This document shows, piece by piece, positions 33,223-42,064 of a stretch of 47,129 nucleotides of DNA. The stretch is taken from assembly GCA_043814095.1 (NCBI GenBank), contig JBDRKI010000052.1, positions 1 to 47,129 on the forward strand, in the 5' to 3' direction. Within the stretch, counting starts at the first letter, position 1, and each line of letters starts with the position of its first letter. The notes beneath the pieces are model-generated. The model saw nothing but the letters and a program-made list of their open reading frames with translations, was not told where the DNA came from and searched no databases. The DNA comes from Armatimonadota bacterium. Lineage in GTDB: Bacteria; Vulcanimicrobiota; JACPDS01; JBDRKI01. A program made the position numbers and the translations under genes.

Positions 33223-34453
33223 AACTGTTTTTGTGTCTTTTGTAATCATTGTTTTGATGTTTTCTTTTTTAATTACTTTAATATCGTGCAAAAAGAAAGA
33301 CGGCAAGCAGACTTTAACGGTATGGACCGCGTTAGAACAGAAAGAGCTTGAAACTCTTAAAGAAATAACACGGGACTTTGCGAAAAAAGAAGACATAAAT
33401 GTTGTTGTTACTCAGATTCCCATGGCGGATTTTGTTCTTAAATACCAGGTTGCCACTCCCGCCGGATTCGGCCCGGATGTAATAACCGCGCCACATGATA
33501 TAATAGGATGTCTTTCTCTTGCGGGAATACTCTCGCCTTTATCGGAGAAAGAATTCCCCGCTTCATTAAGGAAAAAGTTTGCCCCTGTTTCGGTAAATTC
33601 GGTTACATTTGACAATAAAATATACGGCATGCCTTTTTCCATGGAATCCATAGCCATTATTTACAATAAAGACCTTGTTCCTTATGTTCCCGAAACAATG
33701 GAAGATATGGTAAATATGGCTAAAAACCTTACAAAAGACGATCAGTACGGATTTCTTTACCAGATGGACGACACGGGCAATTTTTATTTCTGCTGGCCCA
33801 TATTCTCGGGGCTCGGAGCCTATATATTTAATAATGATAACGGCAAGCTTGATATAAATGATATAGGACTTGATAAAAAAGGAGCGGTTAAGGCGATAGA
33901 TTATCTTAAATACTTAAGGCAGAGCGGAATAATGCCGATGTCGGTAAGAACCGACACCTCCCGTGAGTTTTTTAACAAGGGCAAAGCCGCCTTTATTATA
34001 AACGGGCCGTGGGCGCTCTCCGAGGTAAGAAAAAATAATATTAATTACGGTGTTATGCCTTTCCCGAAATTTAAAAACGGCAAACAGCCCGGTCCTTTTG
34101 TGGGAGTCTGGGCTCTTATGCTTAATCCCGAAGCCAACAACCGGAAGCTGGCATTAAAATTTATGAAATACTTTAACCAACCCGATAACCAGTTGAGAAT
34201 TTTCAACGCCTCGGGAAGAATCCCGACCAGGGTTGAGTTAAATGAGGAAGTAAGCAAAAATAAAGATGCCAAAGGGTTTATGGAATCGGCAAAAGCAGGA
34301 ACTCCAATTCCCAACCATCCGGCAATGAATCCTGTCTGGGATCATATGAGCAGGACAATAATAATTGTTATTGACGGCAAAGAGCCCGCGGATAAAGCTC
34401 TTGATTATGCCGTTAAAGTTATAAAAGAAGATATAAACTGCATGATAGAATAA
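33200..34453 (+). CDS. Maltose/maltodextrin-type ABC substrate-binding lipoprotein
   Basis: Lipobox LISC; GPDV...PHD, YGMP...ESIAIIYNKDL, INGPW, PFVGV, P.PN.PAM..VW; start may be 33209. Confidence 0.9.
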   Translation: MIFMKKFKTVFVSFVIIVLMFSFLITLISCKKKDGKQTLTVWTALEQKELETLKEITRDFAKKEDINVVVTQIPMADFVLKYQVATPAGFGPDVITAPHDIIGCLSLAGILSPLSEKEFPASLRKKFAPVSVNSVTFDNKIYGMPFSMESIAIIYNKDLVPYVPETMEDMVNMAKNLTKDDQYGFLYQMDDTGNFYFCWPIFSGLGAYIFNNDNGKLDINDIGLDKKGAVKAIDYLKYLRQSGIMPMSVRTDTSREFFNKGKAAFIINGPWALSEVRKNNINYGVMPFPKFKNGKQPGPFVGVWALMLNPEANNRKLALKFMKYFNQPDNQLRIFNASGRIPTRVELNEEVSKNKDAKGFMESAKAGTPIPNHPAMNPVWDHMSRTIIIVIDGKEPADKALDYAVKVIKEDINCMIE

Positions 34454-34482
34454 GATTAAAATTAATTATGAGGGTATAGATT

Positions 34483-35379
34483 ATGTTAAAAACCACATCA
34501 TGGAAAGTGCCGTATTCATTTATACTCCCCGCAATGACAGTAGTTGTGTTCTGCAGCATGCTCCCGAATTTATACAGCTTTTATCTGGCATTTACCAATT
34601 ACAGTTTATACCATTATACAAAATATGATTTTGTGGGCATCCAGAATTTTATAACGATCTTCACCCAGAAAGAGATTAATACTTTTATAAGGGTCTTCGG
34701 ATGGACATTTGTATGGGCCATTGTTTCTGTTGCAGGCATGCTTACGATAGGGCTTGCTCTCGCGATAATGCTTAATACAAAAGGATTTAAATTAAAGAAT
34801 TTTTACAGGACTCTTTTAGTTGTGCCCTGGGCGATACCCGCTTTTATATCAGTGCTTATGTGGCAGGGACTTCTCTGGCCGGATTCAGGGGTGTTGAATA
34901 CCCTGCTGGGCACAAAGGTTAACTGGCTGGGGGATCCGAACCTTGCCCGGTTCTCTGTTCTTATGGTTAACATATGGCTGGGCTTCCCGTTTTTTATGAC
35001 CTTATGTTTGGGAGCCCTGCAGTCAATACCGACTGATCTTTATGAAGCTGCTGGCGTTGACGGCGCTTCAAAGTTCAGCCAGTTTTTCAAAATTACGGTG
35101 CCCATACTAAGCACGACACTTCTCCCCGCTTCGGTTATGAGTTTTGCTTTTAACTTTAACCAGTTTTTAAGTATATATCTTTTAACCGCGGGACTCCCGC
35201 CCGTATCGGGAAGCCGCGCCGGGGCTACGGACATACTTGTAACTTATTCATACAAGCTGGCGTTTACATTGTTTAAATACGGTCTTGCCTGTGCATATGC
35301 GGTAATTATATTTATTGTTATAGCCCTTATATGCGGCATTAATTTTAAAGCAACGGGCACGTTTAAAGAAGCCAAATAA
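34483..35379 (+). CDS. Sugar ABC permease (MalF-like)
   Basis: VPWAIP, WLGFPF, LQSIPTDLYEAAGVDGAS EAA motif, FAFNFN. Confidence 0.92.
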   Translation: MLKTTSWKVPYSFILPAMTVVVFCSMLPNLYSFYLAFTNYSLYHYTKYDFVGIQNFITIFTQKEINTFIRVFGWTFVWAIVSVAGMLTIGLALAIMLNTKGFKLKNFYRTLLVVPWAIPAFISVLMWQGLLWPDSGVLNTLLGTKVNWLGDPNLARFSVLMVNIWLGFPFFMTLCLGALQSIPTDLYEAAGVDGASKFSQFFKITVPILSTTLLPASVMSFAFNFNQFLSIYLLTAGLPPVSGSRAGATDILVTYSYKLAFTLFKYGLACAYAVIIFIVIALICGINFKATGTFKEAK

Positions 35380-35391
35380 AGAAGGTGTGTT

Positions 35392-36237
35392 ATGGAGAAA
35401 AGAAGCAATTCTAATATTATTGCGTTGAACATAGTTGTTCCCGTGATTGTGCTGCTTATACTCGTTCCGGCCGTACTTGTGCTTGCCGCTTCTTTCAGGG
35501 TTCAGGGAAATATTTATTCGTTAAATCTTTTCGGGTGGACGGTGGAAAATTATAAAGAGCTTCTCGGCACCACGAATTTTGTAAGGTGGATGGGAAACAC
35601 CCTGTTTTTATGCGTTATGTGCAGTTTTCTGGGGGTTTTGGCGGCGGCTACGGCCGGTTACGCCTTCTCAAGGTTTAAATTTTACGGCAAGAAGACAGGC
35701 CTTATGGTTTTAATTCTCCTGCAGATGTTCCCTGCCGCAATGGCCATGGTTGCCATATTTAAGATTTTACTGACTTTGGGCAAGGCAACGGGCGGCGCCA
35801 TAGGCATAAACTCTTTTACGGGCCTTATCCTTGTTTATGTGGGGGGAAGCATCCCCTTTAATACATGGCTCATAAAAAGCTTTCTTGATTCTATACCCAA
35901 AGAGATGGAGGAGTCCGCGTATATAGACGGATGCACCCCGTGGAGGACTTTCTTTAAGATAATATTTCCTTTAATGAGCCCGATATTAATAGTTGTTTCG
36001 GTATTTAATTTCATACTTCCCTACGCCGACTTTATATTCCCCAGCATTGTTCTTATGGATGAGAGTAAATACACTCTCGCGGTAGGAATGAGGGCTTTTA
36101 TCCTTAATAATTTCAGCACAAACTGGGCACAGTTTGCGGCCGCTTCCGTCCTTGGCGCCATACCGATATTAGTTATATTCTTCTCGCTTCAGAGATACCT
36201 GGTTGAAGGATTAACCAAAGGAGCGGTCAAGGGATAG
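35392..36237 (+). CDS. Sugar ABC permease (MalG-like)
   Basis: YAFSRFKF.G, QMFP, DSIPKEMEESAYIDG, GLTKGAVKG. Confidence 0.92.
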   Translation: MEKRSNSNIIALNIVVPVIVLLILVPAVLVLAASFRVQGNIYSLNLFGWTVENYKELLGTTNFVRWMGNTLFLCVMCSFLGVLAAATAGYAFSRFKFYGKKTGLMVLILLQMFPAAMAMVAIFKILLTLGKATGGAIGINSFTGLILVYVGGSIPFNTWLIKSFLDSIPKEMEESAYIDGCTPWRTFFKIIFPLMSPILIVVSVFNFILPYADFIFPSIVLMDESKYTLAVGMRAFILNNFSTNWAQFAAASVLGAIPILVIFFSLQRYLVEGLTKGAVKG

Positions 36238-36240
36238 TTT

Positions 36241-36269
36241 TTGACTTTTGTCTTAAAAGATGTTATATT
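36241..36269 (+). promoter_or_regulatory. Candidate sigma70 promoter of hpf (extended -10)
   Basis: TTGACT (36241-36246) - 17 nt - TATATT (36264-36269) preceded by TG. Confidence 0.65.
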
Positions 36270-36331
36270 TTTATAAACAGAGAGCGTAAAAAGCCCTGAA
36301 CAAAAGGGTTTTAAAATAGGAGGATTAAAAC

Positions 36332-36877
36332 ATGCAAGTTACAATCAAGGGAAAGAACATTGACCTTACGGAGAGTTTAAAAGATTACGCGACCAAGAAA
36401 ATCGAGAAAATAAGCCGCTATTTTGATCAGATTGCATCCGCGGATATAACTTTTTCAACCGAGAGGCAGATGCACATAATAGAAGTGAATATACATGTAA
36501 ACGGCGAGATTTTAAGAGGAGAAGAAAAAACCGGCGATATGTACGGATCCGTTGATAAGGTTATTGATAAGCTGGAAAAGCAAATTAAGAAAAGAAAAGA
36601 AAAAAACAGCAATAAAAAACATAAAGTTAAATCATTAAAAGAAGTACCCTTAAAAGCAGAAGAAGCTTATTATGAAGAGGGATCAAATGAGCTTGACCCC
36701 CAGATCTTAAAAGTTAAAAGATTTGACCTTGGCAAACCCATGACAGTCTCTGAAGCCATAAAAGAATCCGAGGCATTGGGATACGATTTCTTCGTGTTTT
36801 TAAATGCCGAAAATTTACGTGTTAACGTGGTTTATGAAAGAAAACAGGGATTCGGGCTTATTGACCCAGTTGTATAG
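36332..36877 (+). CDS. hpf: Ribosome hibernation promoting factor, long form (RaiA/HPF)
   Basis: I.GKNIDLTESLKDY, DMYGSVD.V.DKLEKQI, C-terminal KPMTVSEAI...LGYDFFVF..A....VNVVY.RK. Confidence 0.95.
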   Translation: MQVTIKGKNIDLTESLKDYATKKIEKISRYFDQIASADITFSTERQMHIIEVNIHVNGEILRGEEKTGDMYGSVDKVIDKLEKQIKKRKEKNSNKKHKVKSLKEVPLKAEEAYYEEGSNELDPQILKVKRFDLGKPMTVSEAIKESEALGYDFFVFLNAENLRVNVVYERKQGFGLIDPVV

Positions 36878-36938
36878 TAAAAAGATATTAGGAAAAAACA
36901 AAAAAACAAAAGAATAGTAATTAGAAAATAATAATAAG

Positions 36939-36966
36939 ATAGGGGTTTGATTAATCAAACCCCTAT
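36939..36966. repeat. Perfect 28-bp palindrome, REP-like
   Basis: ATAGGGGTTTGATT|AATCAAACCCCTAT. Confidence 0.75.
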
Positions 36967-36990
36967 AAAATTTATACAGGACAAGAATGG

Positions 36991-38103
36991 ATGAAAAAAC
37001 TTACCCTTTTAAACCTCCACGGCAGTTTTAAATACAATACCGATATTGAACATTTCTTTGTTAACGCTCTGGGAAATATTGTTAAGGATACAATATCCAA
37101 AGCGGTTAATCTAAAGGATATTGATGATTATTTTATTGTCAGTAACAATAAAAATTTTTTAGAAGATGTAAAAAAAGAGTTTCCCGTATGCACGGAATAT
37201 GTAAATACCGATAAGAGATTTAATTTCGGAGAAGTTATTAAAAGATTAATTAATAAGCATAAATGGGAGAAGCTTTTCTATATAGGCGCAGGCGCCGCTC
37301 CCCTTATAACAAAAAAAGAACTGGCTTCAATCGCTCAAAAAATTAAAAAGAAAGAAAATATAATAATCGCCAATAATTTTTATTCAAGCGATTTTTTCGC
37401 GGTAAGCCCCGCGAAAAAATGGAATAAGATAAGCCCGCTCCCCGGGATGGATAATCCTTTTGCCTATAAATTAAAGCAGGCGGGGAATCTTGAAAGCATA
37501 AAGGTAAAGCCTTCTCTCGGCACTTTTCTGGATATAGACAGCCCGGTAGATCTTACGATTTTAAAGATGCATCCCGAAAAAGGAAAATTTATTAAGGAAT
37601 TTTTAGATAAGTATGATCTGCCAATAAAGAAAATTAAAAAAACCCTACCGTTTTTTTATGATCCTTTCTCCGAGGTATTTATATCAGGCAGGATAGGCTC
37701 TATAATCCCTAATTTCCTTATACAGAAAGCAAAATGCAGGTTCCGTCTTTTATCGGAAGAATGCGGCATGAGAGCATGGGGCAGGGAATCAAGGGGCGAA
37801 GTATTCTCTTACTTAGGTGAGCTAATAGAAAAGATAGGTTTTGGAAAGTTTTTTAAATTCCTGTCCAAGACCTCCAAAGCCGCTTTTATTGACACAAGGG
37901 TGCTGTTCGCGCATAAGAAATTAAAAGTATCAAGAGCGGACAGGTTTTATTCCGATATGGGAGAATATAATAAAATAAAAGAAAAGTATGCAAAAGAGCT
38001 GACTTATGAAGCGGAAATGGCCGGTATCCCGGTTGTATTAGGGGGCCATTCTCTCATAAGCGGCGGATTGTACACTTTAATAGAATCAGGAGAGCTATTA
38101 TGA
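36991..38103 (+). CDS. Hypothetical protein with CofC/DUF2064-like (GT-A nucleotidyltransferase-like) N-terminal domain
   Basis: FNFG, Y.GAGAAPL, NNFYSSD, FLDIDSPVDL resembling the DxDTPxDL motif; C-terminal PVVLGGHSLISGG. Confidence 0.5.
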   Translation: MKKLTLLNLHGSFKYNTDIEHFFVNALGNIVKDTISKAVNLKDIDDYFIVSNNKNFLEDVKKEFPVCTEYVNTDKRFNFGEVIKRLINKHKWEKLFYIGAGAAPLITKKELASIAQKIKKKENIIIANNFYSSDFFAVSPAKKWNKISPLPGMDNPFAYKLKQAGNLESIKVKPSLGTFLDIDSPVDLTILKMHPEKGKFIKEFLDKYDLPIKKIKKTLPFFYDPFSEVFISGRIGSIIPNFLIQKAKCRFRLLSEECGMRAWGRESRGEVFSYLGELIEKIGFGKFFKFLSKTSKAAFIDTRVLFAHKKLKVSRADRFYSDMGEYNKIKEKYAKELTYEAEMAGIPVVLGGHSLISGGLYTLIESGELL

Positions 38104-38285
38104 TGGAAAAATGCAAAAAATGCCACGGCAAAGGAAGAATAAAATGTGATTACTGTACCAGTAAATCGGGAAGATCTCAACCGGAATATTTCTCCAAGAA
38201 CTGTCCTCAGTGCAAAGGAAAACAGATGGTTGTCTGTCCGAAGTGCGCGGGAAAGGGACAGATAGATACTCCCGAAGCCGGGTAA
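38100..38285 (+). CDS. Stand-alone DnaJ-type zinc-finger microprotein 1
   Basis: CKKCHGKG, CDYC, CPQCKGK, CPKCAGKG; ATGA overlap with upstream gene, AGGAG SD. Confidence 0.75.
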   Translation: MMEKCKKCHGKGRIKCDYCTSKSGRSQPEYFSKNCPQCKGKQMVVCPKCAGKGQIDTPEAG

Positions 38286-38302
38286 GCAAGGGGATATGTT
38301 TA

Positions 38303-38473
38303 ATGCTTGAAAAGTGTAAAAAATGCAAGGGCAGCGGAAAAACGGACTGCTATTACTGTAAAGACCTGCCTGAAAAAGAAAAGAAATCCTGCCCCCAGTG
38401 CAAGGGGAAGAAGATAATCCTTTGCCCCTCCTGCGGGGGAACAGGGATTGTTGATATGCCTGATATTGTTTAA
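38303..38473 (+). CDS. Stand-alone DnaJ-type zinc-finger microprotein 2
   Basis: CKKCKGSG, CYYC, CPQCKGK, CPSCGGTG; ATG 38303 after AAGGGGA. Confidence 0.75.
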   Translation: MLEKCKKCKGSGKTDCYYCKDLPEKEKKSCPQCKGKKIILCPSCGGTGIVDMPDIV

Positions 38474-38479
38474 AAGAGA

Positions 38480-38950
38480 TTATTTCATTACTGCGAATAC
38501 GCCTGTTTCTATTGACGGAGGCCCTCCGGAGAGCAGGGATTCAATCTCTACATGGCCTACAAGTGCGGGTTTCCCCAAGCATTCCATGGGGTAAAGGGTA
38601 AATTTGTATTCTTTTACATTCGCGACATTTACCGTAAATTCAATACAGTTTCCGTTTTCTTTAACTTTACCGGTAAAGGGTATTTCATGCATTTTTTCGT
38701 AATCAGCAGGCAGGCGCGCTTCCTGCAGGATGCTCCAGTCTATACCGATTACGCCCTCTACCGTTTTTGAATTAATCTTTTTAATTGTAATATAATCTGT
38801 TTTCCAGCGGGTAACCCCGTTTATTTTTAAGCTGTAAGTTCCGGTAGATTTTGTCTGGGCATTAACGGAAGTTATAACCTGAATAAGGAAAAAAGATAGC
38901 AATAAGAAAAAAGCAAGTATTTTTGCGGGTTTTTTAAAATTTAAAAACAT
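38480..38950 (-). CDS. Exported hypothetical protein
   Basis: Signal peptide ending VNA; AAGGAGG SD; beta-rich mature part. Confidence 0.7.
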   Translation of the reverse strand: MFLNFKKPAKILAFFLLLSFFLIQVITSVNAQTKSTGTYSLKINGVTRWKTDYITIKKINSKTVEGVIGIDWSILQEARLPADYEKMHEIPFTGKVKENGNCIEFTVNVANVKEYKFTLYPMECLGKPALVGHVEIESLLSGGPPSIETGVFAVMK

Positions 38951-38966
38951 CTATTCCTCCTTTAAA

Positions 38967-40601
38967 TTAAGGTTTGTTTATTAAGTCATAAAGAGCATTT
39001 GCGGATTTTCTATCTACACCTCTTAAATAACCGTATACTTCTAATGCCGCTTCTTTATCTCCCAGATTAAGGTAGGCAACCCCGAGTGAATATAGCGCCT
39101 CAGGATTGTTTTTATATATTTCAATTGCTTTAAGGAAGTATTTTATAGCTGTTTCATTGTCTCCTGACTGCATTAAGCATAATCCCGCGCCCGTATATGC
39201 CAGGTCATAGTACGGGTTGGTTTCAATGGTAGCCAGGTATAAATTATAGGCTTTTTTATAATCTTTCTTATCGTAGAATATGTTGCCCATATAATAGTAT
39301 GCCAGGCTGAAACCCGGATCTAATTTAATAGCTTTGGTAAAATATGTTGAGGCTGTTTCGTCCTGTTTATCCAGATAATAAAGATACCCGATGTTGTAAT
39401 AAGCGCTGGGGTCATTCGGATTAACTTTAATAGCTTTATCGTAACAGTTTAATGCCTTTTTGTAATCTTTCAGTTTTTCATACGCCAGCCCCATATTATT
39501 CATAAACAGGGTATTTGTGGGTTTCTGCCGGAGGGCTTTTTCGTAATAATCAATGGCATCGTAATATCTCTGAGTTTCGTAATAACAGAGCCCTTTGTTG
39601 TTATAGGCAGATGCCGATTCTTGGCCGGAAGGTTTTATCGCAAGACTCTTATCACAGTATTTAATGGCTTCGTTGTATTCTTTCAGTTTTATTAAGTTTG
39701 AGGCAATATAGTTATATGCCGTATAATCGTTTTTATCCAGCTGTAGAACCCTGTTCATGCAGTCGATTGAGTTTTCATATCTGCCGGTATAGTAGTAGCA
39801 TACTCCTGTATAGAACCATGCATCTGCATTATCGGGATGGCTGTCTGCATATGGTTTTAGAAGAGGGAGGGCTTTCTCGTCTTCGCCTGCCATGTAATAT
39901 TCAAGCGCTCTTTTATAGCTTTCATCGGTTACAAACTTCTTGTAACCCATATTAAGCAGGTATTTTACATAACCTACCGATGCGGCAAAATTTAAATTTT
40001 GCCCGGGGGCCTCTTTGGTTCCCGGTATAAAGAAGGTGGCAATGCCGATAACTTCAGAGTTATTGTTCAATACGGGACCGCCGGAGTTGCCCGGAGAGAT
40101 GCTTGCGTCTATCTGGATACAGGTACCGTTTCTCTCCATATCCCTTATTGCGGTGACTATACCTCTTGTAACGGTATAATCAAAAGAGAGAGGCGCTCCT
40201 ATTACAAGGACATCATCTCCCTGTTCGGGAAGCTGGTCTGCCATTGTTAGTATTTTAATACCGGTTGCCGGGGTTGCTAGTTTTAAAACTGCTATATCAT
40301 AAGATTGGTCTAAGGCAATGATTTTTTTAACCCTGTATTCCTGTTTGTTGTAGGTTTTAACAATGATGGCATCGCTGCCTTCAATGACATGATAGTTTGT
40401 TACTACCTCATCATTGCTTATAAAAAAGCCGGATCCGCTGCCCAGCGGCTTCCCGTTTTTAAAGACTTCTATGACAACAGTACCGTATTTAGCGTAATTA
40501 ATGATTTCTTTTACGGTTTTCGGCGCGGCATACACGCAGCTTGATGATAAAAACACCACCAGCATGATAAAAATGAGTACCTTTGAATATGTTTTTTTCA
40601 T
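38967..40601 (-). CDS. Exported trypsin-like serine protease with C-terminal TPR array
   Basis: GSGSGFF, VTNYHV (His), YDIAVL (Asp), PGNSGGP (Ser); multiple TPRs. Confidence 0.92.
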   Translation of the reverse strand: MKKTYSKVLIFIMLVVFLSSSCVYAAPKTVKEIINYAKYGTVVIEVFKNGKPLGSGSGFFISNDEVVTNYHVIEGSDAIIVKTYNKQEYRVKKIIALDQSYDIAVLKLATPATGIKILTMADQLPEQGDDVLVIGAPLSFDYTVTRGIVTAIRDMERNGTCIQIDASISPGNSGGPVLNNNSEVIGIATFFIPGTKEAPGQNLNFAASVGYVKYLLNMGYKKFVTDESYKRALEYYMAGEDEKALPLLKPYADSHPDNADAWFYTGVCYYYTGRYENSIDCMNRVLQLDKNDYTAYNYIASNLIKLKEYNEAIKYCDKSLAIKPSGQESASAYNNKGLCYYETQRYYDAIDYYEKALRQKPTNTLFMNNMGLAYEKLKDYKKALNCYDKAIKVNPNDPSAYYNIGYLYYLDKQDETASTYFTKAIKLDPGFSLAYYYMGNIFYDKKDYKKAYNLYLATIETNPYYDLAYTGAGLCLMQSGDNETAIKYFLKAIEIYKNNPEALYSLGVAYLNLGDKEAALEVYGYLRGVDRKSANALYDLINKP

Positions 40602-40688
40602 AAGTAAACCTCACTCTATAAATTGATTAATTAACATAATTCTCTTTTGAGCGTGGGTTTCCTTTTTATAATTAAATTATGGAATTAA

Positions 40689-41429
40689 TTACTTATTCCT
40701 TAATTTTCTTTGTATTTTTTCTTTTAAAGTTTTAGCCGTTATGTAAACCGACTCAGCTTCTTTTAATGATAAATTACGACCTTCGCGACTTACCTTAAGG
40801 GAAATTTTTAGTCCGGGAATAAGTTCCGGACTACTTATTTTTGTAAAATATTTCAGTATTTTATGTTTTGTTGTAGGGACATATCCGTATAACTCCAGAA
40901 ATAGTATGGCAAAATTCACCGCGGATCTTGCCAGAATATCGGATGTGTCGCAGAAGCATTTTTTGTTGCAGTGTTTTTCATGAAATCTTTTGTTCCGCCT
41001 GTAATGCCATACACCCATTTTGTAGAGCTTTACCCAGTGTTCAAACCAGCCTTTCATCCATTTCCTGCTCGGTTTTGATATGCTGTGATCCATAAGCTTA
41101 TCGATAAAGCTGTTATTTTTGTACAGTACTTTTCCGTTTTTTATTGAATGGGCCATGGTGGTTGAGTTTTTAAAATGGTATAAAATTTGCTTTTTGCTGA
41201 AGCATATAACAGTTGTTTTCTCCGAAAAATCTTGTTTTATTCTGCACAGCTTTTTAAAGTTCAATCCTCTTTTTTTAATCCATACCATATCTATATCGGA
41301 ATTTTTACAAAGACACTCTTCGGCACAACTCCCGATTAAAATTAATCCCAGCGTATCGGTAAATTTTTGAGGAAGAAGACGCTTTGCTTTTCTAATAGAT
41401 GTTTTAAATTCTGCAGGCAGGCTTTTCAT
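40689..41429 (-). CDS. Minimal nucleotidyltransferase (MNT) domain fused to HEPN-like helical domain
   Basis: LILIGSCA......SDIDMV (GS..DxD), SIKNGKVLY; C-terminal A..FLELYG.VP.TKH resembles HEPN. Confidence 0.6.
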   Translation of the reverse strand: MKSLPAEFKTSIRKAKRLLPQKFTDTLGLILIGSCAEECLCKNSDIDMVWIKKRGLNFKKLCRIKQDFSEKTTVICFSKKQILYHFKNSTTMAHSIKNGKVLYKNNSFIDKLMDHSISKPSRKWMKGWFEHWVKLYKMGVWHYRRNKRFHEKHCNKKCFCDTSDILARSAVNFAILFLELYGYVPTTKHKILKYFTKISSPELIPGLKISLKVSREGRNLSLKEAESVYITAKTLKEKIQRKLRNK

Positions 41430-41807
41430 ATATATAGTTTATCAGATTATATTAATATTTTGCAATACAGCAGAAAGCCCGATAACAAGCTGTTATTGAG
41501 GTGTTCTTTAAAAGAATTAATATTACATTTGCCCTGGTTGATTTTATACAGATTACTTAAGCCTCTTCTTTTTCCGCTTCAGGTAAAAAATTTAAAACTT
41601 AGTAAACATACTCCTCTGGGTAAAATCGATCCTAAATTTAGTCCTGTACGAGAAATATATACGATATTTACCTTTGAAGATACTTTTATTGATGTGCTTG
41701 GGTTATGCGATAAAGTGGTAAATGAGGGCGAGAAAATAATAACAAGTTTTTTAAAAACTTTTTAAAAATATGCGCGGATGTTTATTTGAATTTCTTTATA
41801 ATTTTAC

Positions 41808-41852
41808 TTGATTAAAGAAATAACAAATGTTACAATATGTAATAAAATGTAA
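41808..41852 (+). promoter_or_regulatory. Promoter of the R-M island overlapped by 10-bp-period repeats
   Basis: TTGATT 41808-41813, 17 nt, TG-n-TACAAT 41831-41836; A(A/T)ATGT(T/A)A at 41825, 41835, 41845. Confidence 0.65.
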
Positions 41853-41875
41853 CCAATACAAATGAAGGAACAATT

Positions 41876-42064
41876 ATGGAAAAAATTATAGATTCTTATA
41901 CTGTAGAAGAATTGGCCGTGGCTCTTAAGCTTCATCCTTATACCGTAAGGCGTTTATGTCGGGAAAGCAAAATTCCTTGCTTTAAGCTCGGCGGGCAATG
42001 GAGATTTCGAAAAGATGATATAGATACATGGTCTAAAAATCAGATGGCGGAGAGAAAAAAATGA
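41876..42064 (+). CDS. Excisionase-like (HTH_17/MerR-type) DNA-binding protein
   Basis: YTVEELAVALKLHPYTVRRLCRESKIPCFKLGGQWRFRKDDIDTW. Confidence 0.9.
   Translation: MEKIIDSYTVEELAVALKLHPYTVRRLCRESKIPCFKLGGQWRFRKDDIDTWSKNQMAERKK

Noticed and set aside
36238-36331. raiA RNA motif upstream of hpf
   Set aside because: Leader too short; only a promoter and one small hairpin (about 36288-36312)
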